Of a stretch of 64,000 bases of DNA, positions 60,801-64,000 are shown piece by piece; the first letter of the stretch is position 1; every line of letters starts with the position of its first letter. The translations under genes and the position numbers were made by a program. The DNA comes from Mytilus edulis (lineage: Eukaryota): positions 20,371,307-20,435,306 of the forward strand of contig NC_092353.1 of assembly GCF_963676685.1 (NCBI RefSeq). The letters are read 5' to 3'. The notes beneath the pieces were generated by a model. That model saw nothing but the letters and a program-made list of their open reading frames with translations, was not told the DNA's origin and made no database searches.

Positions 60801-62098
60801 TCGAAGCTTGAGTGGTTGTTTTATATAACGTTGATGCTGATGTGCGAGTTACTTCGTCAGATGTTGACCCATGAGTTTCAAACACAGTTGTACTTTCGGC
60901 TTTTATCAACGGCTGTTGGGCAGAAGTACCAACAGTGTTAGTGGTAGTGCCACCAGTTGTCGATATAGAAGTAAGTTTTATGGTGTCTGCGGATGTGACA
61001 GTACTAGTATCTTTATCAGTTATTGCGTCTGTAAAAGTACTACCATCTGTTGTAAAACCAATCGTTTGACTCTCAGAAATAAACGCCGGTGTTTTCGTTT
61101 GCGTTGCTGATCTAGCTATAGTGTCTGTCATTTCATTCTGTTCATCATAATTAATCGGAGAGCTCGAAGCTTTAGCAGCAGTTGTCTCTAGCAATGTTGA
61201 AGTTGCTGTGTAAGTTGCTTCGTCGAATTTTGGTCCTTGTGTCTCAGAGGCAGTTGTACCTTCTGTGTTTGTCAATTGAATGTAAGCGGTAGTGCCAGAA
61301 GTATTATATATAGATGTAAGTTCAATGGTTTTGGCAGTTGTGACAGGAGCTTCATCAATCGTTAAAAAGCCAATCGTATGACTCTCAGAAATGAATGCTG
61401 ACGTTTTTATTGGGGTTACTGAGCTAACTATAGTGTTTGTAGTTTCCATCAGTCTAATATCAGTAATTAGAGAGACTGAAGCTTGCTCAGCTGTTGTGTC
61501 TAGCAATGTTGTTGCTACTTGAAGATTTGCATCATCAGATGTTCGTCTATGAGTCTCAGATACAGTAGTACCTTCTGTGTTTGTCAATAGAATATCATCA
61601 GTTTTGTCAATAGTCTTAGTGGTAATGCCAGTAGTACTATATTTAGAAATAAGTTCGATGTTTTCTGTCGCTGCGAAAGCATCTGTATCAATTGATGTGT
61701 CTGTCACAGTCGTATCATCTGTATTAGAGGCAATCGTCTGAATGTCAGAGAGGGATGTAAATGTTTTTGTTGGCGCCATAGAGCTAGCTATAGTGTCTGC
61801 AAATCCCATTGGTTGGTCATGAGTAATTGGAGAGACCGATGATTTATAAGCGGTTGTCTCTAGCAAAGTTGTTGCTGTTGTAGGAGTTGTTTTGTAAGAT
61901 TTTGATCCATGGGTCTCAGAGACAATTGTACTTTTGGTTGTTGTTAACGGTATCCCAGCAGTAGTATCAAACGTGACGATTTTAGCTGCTTCAGTTGTTG
62001 TGGCTATTCGAGAAATTGATGTTAGTGTTTTCATTTGCGTTGTTGAAGTACCAGTATTGAGAAATTTTGTATTGTCTTTTGTTGTAGTGGTAATAGGT
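57838..62098 (-). CDS. Mucin-like gene: 5' ORF segment (about 1420 aa of diverged Thr/Ser-rich 123-aa repeats). The segment probably begins at a splice acceptor (TTTTTCAG at 62099-62106), not at a start codon.
   Basis: A 4.3-kb open frame through diverged repeats argues for selection on coding capacity. There is no ATG at the 5' end: the ORF opens at GTG/…RKKHIVKCIYSFSEPITTTTK with a strong acceptor immediately upstream. The true 5' exon(s) were not identified. Confidence 0.55.
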
Positions 62099-64000
62099 TC
62101 TGAAAAAGAGTAAATACACTTCACTATATGCTTCTTTCTTTACTGGTTGATGCTCTAAGTAAAACCTTTTATAAATGGGCTGCAGGCAATAGGCACGTTA
62201 TCTGATTCTATATCATGTAAAAGATGAGAGCTGAGAAAATATTTTAATAGGGCCGAAACTATCTTACGTGACTTTGGAGAACATGTTTCTTGATTTACAT
62301 GAAGACAATTTGCATAATTATTCCTCTCAAGATTAATCAAACTAGATGTAAAAATCGGCATTGATCATACTTTTTGTTTGATTTTCAGCCAAATCTGGAT
62401 CGTACTCGACTGTTAAACGTTCAATTTCAATGTTTTGCGACGTGTTCTTTTACTTGTATATGAATATCTTTAGCCTATACTGTTAAGTCCATTTTCCCTG
62501 AAATTTTTTTGACATGCCTCGGTATTCATATACTAGTATCCAGTCATTTTTGTATTGTGCTATGAACATTTTTTGTACTCTTGTCTTCCATTTTGGCTGA
62601 AGTGATGTGCTATTGGCCATTTTATTGACAGAGTTGTTTGTTTTTATAGTAATTAAATTTTAACACAATAATGACTACTCAGTTTTTGACATTTCTATCA
62701 TTTAAGTCTGTTTGTTTTGTTCACACATTGTTGTCAATATATTGCAATTTTAAGCGACTGCCATACAAAAGAGAGGATAAGCTAGCTAGAAAACCATGTT
62801 CAATCCACCATTTTCTACATAAGAAAATGTATGTGCCAAGTCAAGAATATGACAGTTGTTATCTATTCCTTTAATGTGTTTGAGCTTTTGATTTTGCCAT
62901 TTGATAAGCGACTTTCCGACTTGAATTTTCCTTGGAGTTCGGAATTTTTTGTCATATTATTTTTATGTTGCACGATGCTATTTTTACGAAGTGCTATAGG
63001 CAACAACGTTATTGGAATTTCGTCCTAATGCTTTTAGAGACACGGCGTTAATTTTTTTTGCTTTTTGCTATCAAACATACATTGTGCTTTATTTGTTGTT
63101 TTTGAATAAATCATGCCGTTGGTTTTTACTTTCGAATTGTTTCGTATTTTTTTTTTTATCCGATGGCATAGTATTTGTAGGTTAGACATTACTATGTCAA
63201 ACGTTATAATCATTAAATGACAATGATAAAACTTTATCAATAAATATTAAAATTACTAGTCGTTCCGTCATTAGACGCTTAATTATTTTGATAAACGTAT
63301 TGTTTTTATACTATAGCATCATTTCCTTTATAATCATTGTTTCTTAAAAAAAAATTACATTAAATTTTTTGTAAAGTATGAATAAATCAAGGCAAGAATT
63401 ATTCCACCTAACCTTTCCCTCCCTTTTCTAAATTCATTACAACAAAAAATCTTTTTGATCATGCACAAAACAGAAATTTTACAAATGTTTTAGATAATCA
63501 AAGATACCTTTATCTTAAATTGTGTACTTACTATCTTTTACACAAAATGTGTTTCCATCCAGTTTTATTTCACAAATCTCTGCTGACTGGCAGGGCTTTC
63601 TATGACATGGATCCAGTAGCGAGTCCTGAAAATATTGAGACGGAATCATGAGATAAAAGTATATAATACCAATGTAACCGCTGGTGTCTTTAATGATCTT
63701 CACAATGAACAAACAAGGCCAATATTTAATATTGAACAAAAACCAACTGGATAGATAATTATTCCACTTTTAAATGTGTTCTTGCTCATCCTCATCCGTA
63801 AGATCTTACAATTACAATAATATACACCAATTCATCTTTGAAATTTTGTATTTGCGCCAGACGCTCGTTTCATCTACAAAAGGCTCATCAGTAACGCTCG
63901 AATGATTAAAAGTTGAAAAGGCCAAATAAAGTATGAAGTTGAAGAGCATTGAGGATACAAAAAAATCCTTAGAGTGTTGTAGCCAAATACAGTCAAAGTA

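Larger units (their letters stand above)
55230..62100. repeat. Tandem array of about 19-20 copies of a 369-bp (123-codon) repeat. The copies at 55600-58100 are near-identical; those at 58100-62100 are progressively more diverged.
   Basis: Plus-strand artefact ORFs recur at 56328, 56697, 57066 and 57435 (period 369). The minus-strand coding frame is kept through the diverged copies. Confidence 0.9.

Noticed and set aside
55358-61110. Many 60-110-aa plus-strand ORFs inside the 369-bp repeat array (e.g. 56328, 56697, 57066, 57435)
   Set aside because: They recur once per repeat on the antisense strand of the much longer minus-strand mucin-like frame, and are Cys/Arg-rich with no conservation across diverged repeats. 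Artefacts.
1-64000. Prokaryotic defence/accessory system, operons, CRISPR, integrons, rRNA/tRNA genes
   Set aside because: Base composition, spliceosomal introns with GT-AG boundaries, metazoan protein domains (PARP4, mucin-like) and eukaryotic transposons show this is animal nuclear DNA. No bacterial-type gene arrangement is present.

Overview
This window is eukaryotic nuclear DNA, not prokaryotic. GC is about 33%, genes are split by GT-AG introns, and there is no operon structure, CRISPR array, rRNA or tRNA gene, and no defence island. The repeat content (DIRS retrotransposon, satellite arrays, interspersed short repeats) fits a metazoan genome, possibly a bivalve mollusc; the taxon call is inference only.

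Main content:
1. A multi-exon gene on the minus strand (first coding exon at 46857, running down past 23650) encodes an orthologue of vault poly(ADP-ribose) polymerase, PARP4. Fourteen coding exons are recognised: BRCT, a WGR-like segment, the PARP regulatory helical domain, the PARP catalytic domain with an H-Y-E triad, and a VIT domain. All splice phases are consistent. The 3' part of the gene (VWA domain and beyond) was not found.
2. Three introns of this gene each hold a large repeat. A complete DIRS1-like tyrosine-recombinase retrotransposon (about 34053-39485) has gag-like, RT/RNase H and YR ORFs, inverted terminal repeats, and an internal complementary region that exactly reproduces the joined element ends. 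A 5.3-kb array of a 53-bp satellite (25737-31073, about 100 copies) sits in another intron. A composite block of two tandem-repeat families ending in a hairpin (44440-45700) sits in a third.
3. A second minus-strand gene (about 54790-62098) encodes a Thr/Ser-rich mucin-like protein built from about 20 tandem 369-bp (123-aa) repeats. The youngest, near-identical repeats carry three 1-bp indels in T/A homopolymers that break the reading frame.
4. Degenerate non-LTR (LINE-type) reverse-transcriptase fragments lie at 52126-54066 and 10008-10502.
5. Many small non-autonomous elements are present: a 1.65-kb element with 170-bp TIRs and a TATG duplication (4721-6366), a MITE with a TTA TSD (48428-48709), a MITE with 75-bp GCGCCCG-subrepeat TIRs (3169-3780), a roughly 300-bp interspersed repeat family with at least 10 copies, a GGCGGATCCAG-TIR MITE family, several near-perfect palindromes or foldback structures, and several mini- and microsatellites.

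Nothing here supports a novel prokaryotic system. The noteworthy biology is the intact DIRS element, the repeat-loaded PARP4 introns, and the frameshifted mucin-like repeat gene.
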